Of a stretch of 64,000 nucleotides of DNA, positions 27,966-40,573 are shown piece by piece. Location: NCBI RefSeq assembly GCF_001194135.2, contig NC_068982.1:47440654-47504653 (forward strand). The letters run 5' to 3'. The position numbers and the translations under genes were made by a program. The notes beneath the pieces were generated by a model that made no database searches, was not told the origin of the DNA, and was given only the letters and a program-made list of their open reading frames with translations. The DNA comes from Octopus bimaculoides. Its lineage: Eukaryota. Within the stretch, counting starts at the first letter, position 1, and each line of letters starts with the position of its first letter.

Positions 27966-28236
27966 GTGTTAGGAAACAAAAGTTATACTTTATGAAATGG
28001 GTTAAAAATGTTTGACAATGCTGAGAGGAGGAATTTTATGTCAGTGATTGGAATACTAACGAATTCATTAGAAAAGGATATAAAATGTTAATTGGGGGAA
28101 AAAAAGAATCAGTCTTCATGGAAAACGAAAATACAAAATAAATTGCTAACTATTTTTAAAAGAAAATTTTAATTCGTTCATCTATGAAAATTATACTTTC
28201 ACTAGCATTAGTCATTGGACTGTAATACAACTACAG

Positions 28237-30052
28237 CAGGGGCCTGCAAGTTTGTTTTTTTTTTTAACAAAAAGTACAAACAAAATGTATAAAACGGTGG
28301 TAAATTGTGTATAAAATAAACTTTAAAAAAATATTAATGCAAACAGTTTATGAAGTATTGAGGAAAACCAATGCAGTTTGTTGCATACAGGCTCAATATT
28401 GAGTATCAAACTTTATGTCAACATCAAGACATTATCCAGACGGGTATCTTAAATAGGTCTTGGCATGCCTCATTTTTTAAAAAAATAATTGCCCTTACAA
28501 GATAAATGTTCAAATAAGTAATGATACTTCACACTTGAATGAATATATTTTCGACACGACGCAAGTACTGACACATTCAGAATGAAATTTCCATTTTAGT
28601 ATGTCATCATACTGCATTTCAATCAATTCTTTTTGATATTTTTTTCCAATGCAGTGTCCACATCCACTTCAAATAATGGTACCAAACAGCAGAAGCTCAT
28701 TTGCATGCAAGCAAAAAACCAACCAAAGTAAGATGAACATTTTTCGTCATTCTTGGACCAAATTCAGAAAATGCTTTGGATCTTTTTTTTTTCTTTCTTT
28801 TTGTTAAATAGTAGAATGCACACAATTTCCTTTTTGAAGTTGGTATTCCAACAATTGTAGTTCTCTTTCAAACAAAACACTATGACCTTACTTTCCATGT
28901 GTCAGCTGATCTCCTCCCCCACCTTCAATTTGTATCAAGATATTTAAATAGGATGCCATAAAAAATGCCAAGGTTGCAAGCCAATCAGAATCACGATAAA
29001 ATTTTTGCTTTGATGGAATATTGCTATCTTATCATGAAATACAAATACTCTATCCAGTATTGACCTTCAGCTAAGCCAGCCTACATTGCTGAAATAAACC
29101 AGATCTCCACATTCAACTTCTGTATTGAACAATAACTGCTGAAAATGACAATGACATACTTCATGAAATAGGACTAGATTCACAATGCCCATAGTATATT
29201 CCAATTTCTAACACTTGGTCACATAACGCAATGAATTTTAACCAGTTTCTGTGATTTTGAAGCTTTCCAGTTAACCTTACAGCAATGTAATGATTTTTTT
29301 TTCTGTCCCAACAGCTGTAGTGTCAATTAGCTTCAGCAGTTTCATTTTAACACCATTTTCAAGAAAACTTCAAAAACATGCTCTAATAACTTCTCTTCAT
29401 AGGAATTCAATACCTACACCAAAACACCAAGTTGAGCAAGGTCTCTAAGTCTATGCTCTCATTAAGCATAAGCTAAAGATAAAACAGCAATTTGTTGCAA
29501 GCATCACACTTAAACAAGTTAAAACATCTGACATTTTAACTTGTCAGGTCATTTCTGCAGATAGGCTGATAAGATGCAAATAAAGGTTTCTTTTCAGGAC
29601 AAACTCACCATTACTAGTAAACATTTTTAGACAAACTCTACACCTGTTAAAATGCTTCCTCGTTTCTGAAATACCTTTTGGGATTCATAAATGATAAAAT
29701 ATTTTTTGTATACCACTGCTTTCCTTGAAGAAAAAAAAAAACCCTTACGTTAGTTTTCCAAAAGTAGCCAGTTTTCAATCACTAAGCTTTACCTCACCTT
29801 GTTAAAATTTTCATTATGGTGAACCTTGTAATGCTGCCTGATATTTTCCACATTCTTCACAGCAATTTTTCCATGGTAAATAAAACAGACTGGTTTCCCA
29901 GTGAGCTGGAAATTGTACTCTGGAGTTCAAATACATGTAGAAACCACCTTACTACATTTTGCCTTCATTGCCAGAAGTGCCTTTTTATTTATGTGCATGC
30001 TATTATTCAACTATTTTGCCTGTCTGACTCAAAAGGGTACAGTTTTTCCCTG
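28237..30052 (-). mobile_element. Decayed hAT (Charlie/SPIN/GTF2IRD2-type) transposon
   Basis: Minus-strand fragments in the expected order: GKPVCFIY...KNVENIRQHYKVH; FSL.L(N)ESID..DLAQL; ECGDLVYFSNVGWLS*RSILDRVF; DWLATLAFF..YLNIL; LEYQLQKGNCVH; ELIEMQYDDILK. hAT-like end CAGGGGCCTGCAAG at 28237; right end uncertain. Confidence 0.8.
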
Positions 30053-30094
30053 GGCGAAATATTACAGCCAAAAAGCGTTTAATAACGCACATTA

Positions 30095-30313
30095 GTCCTT
30101 TGGCATTTAAACCAGCCATATCTGGCCCTAATATTCTAAATTGTTTTATGTCAAAACTGACCAAATCTGGCCTCTCACACTTATTCGGCAATGCCATTCT
30201 AAAGATATACAATCACATCAAAATTTTGAAGCCACCAGATAGTGTATGATTGATTCAAAACAATGTGAAAAATTAGCATTACATTTGATAGGGTAATCTG
30301 AATGCAAAAAAGG
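30095..30313. mobile_element. TTAA-type MITE copy at the CpG-domain boundary
   Basis: CCTTTGGCATTTAAACCAGCCATATCTGG...AAAAGG|TTAA. Confidence 0.75.
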
Positions 30314-32924
30314 TTAAATATTTGACATCAATATTGTTTTGGGCTACCAATCGGAATTCGTCTAGGGGGCGAATCGAGTATATGACTCCGGTGAGCTGAA
30401 ATAACAGTGAAATATCGATATTTGTCGTTCTTGTTCACCTCCAGGCCGATTCATTTCGTCTGGTTTTGAAATATATTCCGTTTTCAACACACTATATCTC
30501 TAAAAGAATTTTCCCTGGACAGAATGTTGCAGCCAAAGAAAGCATTTAACACACATTAAAGTATGCGACGTCGATAATGCTTACTTTACAGAGCTGTTTT
30601 TTAACTAGAAATTTAAAATATCTGGTTCATATGATATCAGGGTTATTGCTCAAGATGTCAAGGAAGTACGTGGTATGCCCAACAGTATGTGACCTTGTCA
30701 GGGAATCACCATATGGTGAACAAAGAGGGGGAGAGCATTCATGGTCTGGTGTTACACTAGCCCAGTCTACAGAGCGAAGAAAGGTATCCGTAGGATACTT
30801 ACACCAGTTCTCATTAATATTTACTTACACTACACCACCTCAATAACTACTTATTGGTCTTGGAAAGGAAAAGTGAGCATGAACGAGATTCTGCCACCAG
30901 CCCCTATAAATGCGATGTTTAGAGAGCTAGCTGTAACTATATAAGCTTTAAGATTGACAGAAAAATGTTTTCAAGTGCGAGAAAACAATGTAAGTCCAGC
31001 GTATAAATTTTTTATAAATGAATTACTAAATAAATGTACAGAGGTTCCTAATCCTACAATATAAATTACCATACATATAATAAAATCCTGCTCGTATAAA
31101 TCTGACATTCTAACAAAAGCATTTAGATAAGCATTTTTCGTAAGTAACACGTACGAAAATTAATTTAAGCAGAATGTGTGAACAATTTCTTAGAAAGTGA
31201 GTCTTTAGTTTCAGTTTCGGAGATCAATATTCATCAATGAGCTACAATCACAACCAATAAGAATACTTGAAAGGTGAAAGTTTCTGCTACAGAAGTATTA
31301 AGATATTTCAAAAGTAAATGAAACGGAAAATGAAACAAAAGGTTAAATTTTTTCCCCTTTTTTTTTTTGAAGTTCTACTAGCTCTCACTAATATTTTGAC
31401 AGTACCATTAACCAACGAACCAACCTTTAAGCTGGTACCAGGCAAAACTAGTGAAATGAACAAATGTAAACTTTGCAACTTTTGATCAACACTAGACATG
31501 TGTGTCAGCGTGACTTAATGAACAAGTTTTTAATGCGAAGCTATCAGAGCAAAGAAACAGGTTTAATAATAATTTATTATTAAACAGGTTTAATAATAAT
31601 CTAATGGAGTTCAACTGTTGTAAAAATAAAATGACTCGAGCTGTGTAAACTGCAGCAAGCCATCATTTTGAAAGGTGGTTGAAACGGATTAGGGTCGAAA
31701 AGAAAATTTTTTTCTCCTCCTGATACAAAATCGAGCAGCCAGGCCTCTTACAAAAAACAAATGAAATAAATAAATAAGAGAGGAGGAAGCAGACTGAGAG
31801 ATTGTACATACGGTACGAAATAAGTCTGAATAAAAGTCACGAACGGAATGCCTGCTCGATCAGGGCCGGCCTGGGGTTAAACCACCACAACAACTATGTT
31901 ATTAAATCTCCAATAAAGGCGAGAGAAGTTGGGAGTAAGCTGGCAAGATCAACAGGCACACTCACGTAAGCACGTCAAGTACGCCAGGTTGTGTAGTTGT
32001 AATGTTCAATTTAACACTACAGGCTCTGTAACAGGCATGACTTTCTCACTTGCTAGTTAAATACATTTTACTGGCAAGCCAACAATTTCTCATAAATCCT
32101 CAACTTGATGAAGCACGCAGTGGTATAATAAAATTAATTAGGACTGATGATAGAACAGCATTGATAAAAACGTGTAGCAAGCATGGTCTCGAAAAACAGA
32201 AATCATCATTATCAACTCACGCAAATGAGTAAAAAAATTAATGCCGAGAATTTACAAAATCTGACTTCTGTGGTTTAGATGAAAGTTGATTTTCCTTAAG
32301 AATGGTATAGAAGAGTACATTGTGTGTGATGAAATAATGTATTCCATTAATAATAAGAGTAATTTTGCAGCCCTTTTTTGGCATAGCGATAATTGATATG
32401 TACTGGGGTTGATTTGTTCGACAAAACCCATCAAGGCGGTGCTACAGCATAGCCGCAGTCCAATGACTGAAACAGGTAAAAGACAGATAAAAGTTTGTAT
32501 GTATATGTTATAAACACAGAGACAAGTATATGCGGATTCGACGCATTCGCCGTATACACGCAATAAAAAGGTATGCATCATATATATTTCACATATAATA
32601 TCACATATGACGTGATATTTCCCTGGATTTTTACATCCATACCTAGAACGAAAAGAACTTTCAAAAGTTTTATGTCTAACAAAACATTTGAGAAACCAAC
32701 CATGTTCTTCAATAACCCCAACACGTCAATTCGTTGCAAAAATAATCTATGGGCACAATAGATTTGATCTTAAAAGTTCATCTCGACACGCACAAATGTC
32801 ATTTTCCTCAACTTCGTTCATTCACATGAAGACCCAACCACAAAACGTCAGAAATGTTTATTTGAAATATAAATACAAAGCAAATCTAGGGGAGAGAATT
32901 TCTTTTAAACAGTTAAATTGTTTT

Positions 32925-33235
32925 CCTCTACCTTTTTATCTATCTCTTACTTGTTCCAGTCATTGGACTGGATCATGCTGGTGTACTGCCTCGAAGGCTT
33001 AGTCGAACGAATCGACCGCACTACTTATTTTTTTAAAGCTTGGTTCTTATTCTGTCGTACTCTTTTTGCTGAACTGTGGGGATATAAACTATTAGTTTAT
33101 ATCCCCGCAGTTGTCGAGTGGTGACAAGGAACACACACACATATATACACAGACACACACATGCACGACGGGCTTCTTTCAGTTTCCGTCTACCAAATCC
33201 ATTCACAAGGCTTTGGTCGGCCCGAGGCTATAGCG
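32925..33235 (-). mobile_element. Dominant SINE copy (partial), CpG-retaining
   Basis: CAGTCATTGGACT...GACGGGCTTCTTTCAGTTTCCGTCTACCAAATCC. Confidence 0.75.
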
Positions 33236-35606
33236 GTGGGACCGAACCTAATGTCTAGTATTGTTTATTTACTAAAGCATCCCCGGGGTTACAGCAGAGA
33301 TTTGCTTAAGGGGTGCTACACAGTGAGCATTAACTCTGAATCATGTGGTGGTGAGAACAATTTTTTTTTTTTAATAATATAACCCTTTTACTACAGAAAC
33401 CAGATATATCTACACAAAATTTCATTAATCTTAACTGTGGGAAGTAGTTTTATATATCAACCTACTTTTCTGTTGAGATATGTCGAGATTATAGAAGCAT
33501 CGTGACTTGCAAAAAAAATAACCAATTCTAGTTTACTGTTTCTTTTATTTTTATAAAACATCATTATTGGAATAACCATGAAATTTAATTTCGCAGTGAA
33601 AGGATTAAAAGATATATAAAACAAAATAAACACTAAAATTAATATAGCAGCCGTTTATCTTTCCACTTTCCACGCTTCGACATTTAACAGTTTAAAACAA
33701 TGAAAACTAGAAGAAAATCTAGATTCTCTAAAAAAAAAAACTTAATACTAACTTCGAAGTTAACTACTAAAAATAGTAAAAATTACCAAAAAATGTACTA
33801 GAGCTGAAATCTGCCGTCTCAACATTTAATAGAGGTAGTTTGTTGTTTAAAAATTTACCAAATAAACTCTGACGGCAGAACTCACTCCCATTTCCCAGTC
33901 AAAATAATCTCGCGGAGCTTCTCTCACTAACCGAAGGGTGAAAAGAAACGTTTATGCGCAGTACTAAATGAATCAATTGATTAAAAGAGGGTACATGAAC
34001 AGAGATAATACACAGAAAGCAGCTATGTATCTTTTACTTGTATTAGTCATTAGACTGCGGCCATGCTGGAGGACCGCCTTTATATCATAATTCGTTCGAT
34101 AAAAATTCAAAGCGGTGCTCCAGCATAGCCGCAGTCTAATTACTAAAACAAGTAAAAGATAAAAAAAAAATATTTAAGAATTGTGTCGATAGTAACTTCG
34201 AAGTTTCTGCACGCTTAGCTTTCATCGGACGGCCTCAGGCTAAGGCAGGCCGAAACTTCAGAGTCACAGTCAACTTTATTCTTATGTACTCTAAAAGAAG
34301 CTCTAAGAATTAAAAAAAAATATACCCGTTTCCAGATAATCCAAGAGAGCTTTGGACTTGAGAGAAAACTAATTAGACTAGGTTTACATTGAGATATAGA
34401 AAATAAGAGAAGTGCAAAAAGAAGGATAACGAGGGCTCAACAAGAAAAAGTTGGATTTGTTACATTTGTTTAATAACTCCTATGTTACAAAATCAATGAT
34501 AGATTAAAAAGAAAATCGTCCGTTTATCAAAATAATACATAAAAGGAAAAAAACGCTTTTCTGTAGTGCCATGGTCACCTACAGAAAACAAACCAATGAC
34601 GAATGGACGTGTATGTTGTATGTTATTGCCAGACCAGTAAGAAGTAGCAGGCAAATTCCCCTTAAAATCTGATCCTATCATCTTCGAAAAAGGAATGATA
34701 CATGGAAATAATGGAGAGGAGGACGGTGACGATTGGAACCTGTTCGACCATAGAGTAAACAGCGCCGACCTGGCACTGAATGAACAATACTACCCTAATC
34801 TCTCTCCCCAACCTACAGATTCTAAGGATGCATGCAAAGCATACACACACCAAATTGGGACTGTGTCGAAATCACCTACAAAAACACACGCAGATACATA
34901 CAAGGTGGCAGGCAGGCAGGTTGGGCTGGCTGGCTTAGCTTGCAAGACAGAATTCTAGCTTTTAGCAGCAGCTTCATGTAAACAAAGCCTGTGTGCGTGG
35001 TGTATGTATATGTATGGCTGACAGTTGCAAGCAAAGAGGAGGAAAATATATTCATCCGGTGGTTTACAACAGTTATTCGTACTTAAAAGTCATTTACATT
35101 TAACGCCAGCAGCAGCAAAGAAAAGTGAGAGACGGAGAGAGAGACAGAGAGAAGAGATACATAGCAACAAGAAGTTTGTGACTTTCATGCCTTGCTGCCA
35201 AATGCAAAAGATTTTATCAGAGCGCAAACACAATTTCAAACACGGAATCGGAGGTAGGGGGGAACACAGGTCGATGTCATTCATTCAGTGTGACGCAAGT
35301 AGAGAAACTTGTAAATATAAGAAAAACAATGCAAACACGACTAGTTTTAATTCAGCACACTCTCAAGTTGCAGGTCCGATTATTCCAAGACCAAACTAAT
35401 TAGAATCATTTTTTGGAATTATAGATTCACCATTGACAAGAAACGTCAGAAAAAATTTCCAAAAGAGTCGGTAAAGGAAAGGAGATTGTGTTCGTGACGT
35501 TCCCGATATTCAAATGAAGTAATATTTATACCTTAAATAAAACTACATATATACACACATAAGAGGAATGACCACTAAGTGGACATCAATTTTTTACCCT
35601 TATTTA

Positions 35607-35657
<51 letters not shown>

Positions 35658-36793
35658 AATACTTATACATATACACACACACACACACATACAAATGGAG
35701 ATGAATACATATAAACGGAGATAAGAGCACTCAATACATATAGAGTTCATTCATCCTATCTTCGAAGTTAACGATTCACGAAGTCGATACTCCGAGTTTC
35801 TTGCTTTGTTCATTCATGGTCTGTAATGCATGCTTGTATAAGTAAATACACACACCAGAAATTCTGTTTACGAACATTTAAGCATTTGTATTGAGACCTT
35901 AAAGCTAAACTCAGTGTTCTGTATTTTCCATTATAATGTAAGCCCCTTCGATGACGGTCTTGACCAAACTGATTCATAACGGTTGAAACCAGGAAGATAA
36001 TATCCAAAACAAAAGAACGCAACGCCTGATAGCGAAAACAAAAACGATGCATTAATCCATCTTTACCTCTAAAAGCCAACAGCAAATAGGCACAAGGCCC
36101 GAAATTTTAGGAGATGGATAAGTTGATTTCATCGACACCAGTTCTGAGCTGGTACTTATCACATCGATCCCTGAAAGGATGAAAGCCAATGTCGGCATAG
36201 GTGGAATTTGAACTCAAAACGATAAGATGATGATGAACAGCAGCTTATGTCAGACCGAAATTTTATATAATATACAGAAAAATGTTATGTATGCGGTGGG
36301 GTGCCAAAAATGTAATTAGTTGTTTTGTTTTTTCAAAGATGACCCAATTCACAAATGACAGTAAACACAGACTGCCTGCCATCTTTATGTCACACTACTC
36401 AATGAACTAACAATGGGGGTTGCGTTAACTGCCAAATAACACTGAATAAAATATACATTTCTGGCAAAATGAATACAACATATCTAATAAAGTTATGATG
36501 CAAAAAAAAACAAGAAATTCAGATCCCTCTCCCTTGGGGCAGAATCACTAAGCAATCCTTTTTTACCAGACAAAAAAAAAGGTAAACGATTAAAAAGGCG
36601 GGAAATCGTTGAATATTATATAAAAGTGGGGTAGAAACAGAACAGTAAACAACGATGTCGATGTGTTTAACCTTAACTCTCATACGAAATTCAAATGAAA
36701 TAAGTCCAAAAACCACTAATTCTATATCGAATATATAGCTGAAATAAAACTATAATTATCCTCGAACTTCCATATATATATATATATATATAT

Positions 36794-36985
36794 AAACATA
36801 ATTAAGGGATCAGCAAATATTTGCTTCACCACATACCGAAGTTCAGAAATAGCAGCTAAAAAAGCTGAGACTCCAAAAGATAGCATTACTTGTAACTCAC
36901 AAAGGCAAAAACATACCGAAGGGCTTGGTAAAAATTATTAATTGTTGATTTATTAATAAATTGATAAACCTTTACCCTTTTAATT

Positions 36986-37040
<55 letters not shown>

Positions 37041-37249
37041 CAATTAAAATGGTAAAGGTTTATCTATTTATTAATAAATCAACAATTAATAATTTTTACC
37101 AAGCCCTTCGGTATGTAAACACCATTATCGGTGGAGAACTTTGTGAGTTACAAGTAATGCTATCTGTTGGAGTCTCAGCTTTTTTAGCTGCTGTTTCTGA
37201 ACTTCGGTATGTGGTGAAGCAAATGTTTGCTGATCCCTTAATTATGTTT
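36794..37249. repeat. Long palindrome/foldback with (TA)n centre and (TA)n flanks
   Basis: Arm 36794-36986 is the reverse complement of 37040-37249 apart from ~5 substitutions, a 1-nt indel and one 6-versus-22-nt block. Confidence 0.92.
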
Positions 37250-38280
37250 ATATATATATATATGTATTATATTACCCCCTGCCTTTTCTTCTAAGATATA
37301 TATATATATATATAATGGAATTGTAATTTAATTTACATGAATTTTAGTCATTCACATTGTGTATATGTGTTTATATGTTAAGGCAGAAAAAATCCCAGTT
37401 AATTTGGAAAGAGTATTGCCGATTGAAGAACATCCAGCTGATGCTGTTTGTGTCAATATGGTATTTTAAACGAAGAAAACAAAACTCGCTGTTCACTATA
37501 AGAACCAGCATGAAAGACGAGGGGAAACCTGTGCGTGGACGTTTCAATCTACTAGAAATAGAAATCATATCCTAAGAAAAAGAAGGCCCTATTATTATTA
37601 CATGATGTAGACCTAATATATTTAGTACTGAATAACATAGTCTCTACTCGATCAGAAATGAACAGACCTCAAATTAAACAAACCTCAGCGTTATCACAAT
37701 TGTTAAAATACAAACTGCAAAAAAAAAAAAAACCCAGCTGAAGTATTATTAAGGAATAAAATTAAAAGCTGTTGTAAAAAAACTGCTGTAAATTCTAAAT
37801 ATATAAACAAGAGAACCACTCCTAGAGTCATTGGCACGTTATACTGATGATATAAGTACCATATTTGGAGATAAGCCTGCATATTGCGAAAGGATATGAT
37901 ACATTGATTGTTGGAATTCCTTACATTAATGAACATAACTTCTTACATTGACAGAAGGTCATATATTAAGAGGGATGTGGTGAAATCGACCCCAAGAAGG
38001 TACTTCATTGATACTGACTTAGAAAAAAAAACCTACGGGACGAGACAATACCGTATTTTTGTGGTAAGACGATGCACCGAGTACCTACTACATTATCCAA
38101 TGTGTCCTTCCTTTTAAGACGATAAGGGTGTGATTTGAGGGCGATGCTATTTTTACCACGTACAGGAAAACCCCGTTGACTCCATAAGTACTTCTGGGAT
38201 TTGAACTTAAAACAAACGTAAATGTTGCCCAGTATTCTAAATTCGCCAGAAACTCGTCAGCTGTGTTTCTTAAACAATGT

Positions 38281-38323
<43 letters not shown>

Positions 38324-38329
38324 AATATT

Positions 38330-38740
38330 ATATACATATGTACACACTATATATATACATATGTACACGCTATATATATATACATATGTACACGCTATAT
38401 ATATATATACATACACATACATTCTATACATATGAACACTATATATACATACACATACATACATATGTACACACTATATATATTATACACATATGTACAC
38501 TATATATTATACACACATACATTATATACATATGTACACTATATATATACACGTACATTATATACATATGTACACTATATATATACACATACATTATATA
38601 CATATGTACACTATATATATACACATACATTATATACATATGTACACTATATATATACACATACATTATATACATATGTAAACTATATATATATACACAT
38701 ACATTATGTATATATGTATACACTGTATACGCACACGTAT
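38330..38740. repeat. ~36-bp minisatellite (TACATATGTACACTATATATATACACATACATTATA)n
   Basis: About five near-perfect units plus degenerate flanking units; gives the 12-aa periodicity in the supplied ORFs. Confidence 0.9.
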
Positions 38741-39779
38741 GTCTTCTAGATTAAGACTAAACAGGAGTTTGTTTCCATATAATACAAAAAAAATACATAT
38801 TAAAAGACTGAAGTGATAGTTATATGAACTACAATTAATAACATGATTACACTACATACAGATAACTTATTTCGACTGAAACCAGTTATCTTTTCAAAAA
38901 AAAAAAAGACAATAAAAGGAGATTATGAATATTGATCGCATATATCGAGTGACATTAGGTTAACATGCTGTTAAACTGAGGAATGAATGCATTTAATGAC
39001 CAACAACAGTTGTTATTTACCCTCTGATCAGCTTCGGAACAAGCGGCGATATGAGATCAGTTATTTGCCGTAGTTATGAAAACTATCCCGTACCTTTTAT
39101 TAGATATTCTAAGGCTACTTATGGCCAATAAGTAGGGGGAGGGGTCATTTTTACGAAGGAGTGTGTTGCGGGTGAAATTACACTGTTGTTTCTAACAAGT
39201 CGAAACGTCTGCTTCAACGCATAACAAGACTCGCTAAACAAGTTCAAATTGAGCGGAATAGGGTGCTAGCCGAAATAAAGTGTCTCCCAGCATTTCCCTG
39301 GGAAAAAGTTAACAGTAAATCGAACAGGGGAGTCGCTGACCGACATCACGGGCTGGAAAGTACATTGCAATGCTGATAATACTCAAGAGGCCGGTCAAAC
39401 TGACCGCTAGCAGCAACAGAAAACATCAATAATAGTATTCGCTCACACAGTATAGGCCAGCCGTGGGCAATCTGCTAAATGGCACGCCTAACGAAAAATT
39501 ACTTTGAAATTGTTTAGTAGTGCGGCCCTCCCGATTGATGATTGAGCCATGTCTCATGAGGTCCGCTTCTCGAAAAAGGATTTCAGGTACCTGGTTTACA
39601 CAAACTGGGTACAACAGTTACTAAAACATGTTTTAAATCTACCAAAACATTTGCGTATATGATAATTGTTCCTAAACACAGGCATAGTTCGCAGTTTCTC
39701 TGAGTGTACACTGATTCACAATCGAGGATAAAAAGCTTTATGACGAAAAAAAAAGAAATTAAAAATCATGAAGTCTCCT

Positions 39780-40090
39780 CGAAAATGTCCGAGAAAAACT
39801 TCAAGAAATAGAGAAAAAAGATTAAACAAGTGATCAGCAGGTTTGGAACAAAACCAAGATTTTTAAAAGCCTAAGGAAGCATCGAGAACAGGTTATATGT
39901 CAGTAATGTCGGATAGAAAAAAACCTAAACAGATGTTATAGGAAATGACTGGGATGGAAATACCCCAAGACCATGTAACAACGCATAGCCACCAGGAGAA
40001 GCAGGAAAGAAACGAAAGCAATCTAGAGACATTTTAGAAGGCAACTGAAACCAAGGAGGGGGAGAACTAGGAAACCTAATAGCTGATCCT
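39780..40090 (+). mobile_element. Heavily decayed RTE-like LINE C-terminal remnant
   Basis: GYMSVMSDRKKPKQML*EM resembles GHV.RM.D.R.PKQ.LYGEL. Confidence 0.4.
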
Positions 40091-40533
40091 TCTTCCACTT
40101 TTGCTTTCAATCAAACAATCCACACATACAAATGAAAGGGAAATGTGACAGGTAGAGAACCATAAGATGGATGGTGATTATTATCATCATTTAAGATAAC
40201 AGCTAATGAAAAACTTAGTTGAAATATAATTGAACAGAAAACAACCACAATATCTGTTCGTTCTATGAAAATGGTAAAACCTGGCCTTGATTGGGAAAAG
40301 GAGGGGGGCACTAAATATAGTTATTTTGTTAGTGTTTAGTAGCTGACTTGCTGGAACGAAGTACTTACTACTACTGCTATTACAACATTACAGACAACTA
40401 CCAGCAGTGTGGCACGCAGACAACTCCTAATTTGAACACATTCCTTCCTGCCAACTTTCACACGATACCAACAGGCAAAAAACATTTCACTGTAGTCGAA
40501 TTGAGAAAAAGACGAAACAAAAAAAATATCACC

Positions 40534-40573
<40 letters not shown>

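Noticed and set aside
29798-29837. AG/GT-bounded 40-nt segment as ELL exon 2
   Set aside because: In-frame stop at phase 0; the sequence is the hAT zinc-finger region (NIRQHYKVH).
30413-30420. DRE promoter motif TATCGATA at the CpG boundary
   Set aside because: A single 8-mer next to sequence resembling a SINE remnant; not enough for a promoter call.
30630-30690. IRVIAQDV resembling the peptidase S74 motif (IGVIAQEV)
   Set aside because: The frame is only ~27 codons between stops and has no other motif.
38222-38754. Long Tyr/Ile/His/Thr-rich ORFs
   Set aside because: Products of the stop-free 36-bp minisatellite.
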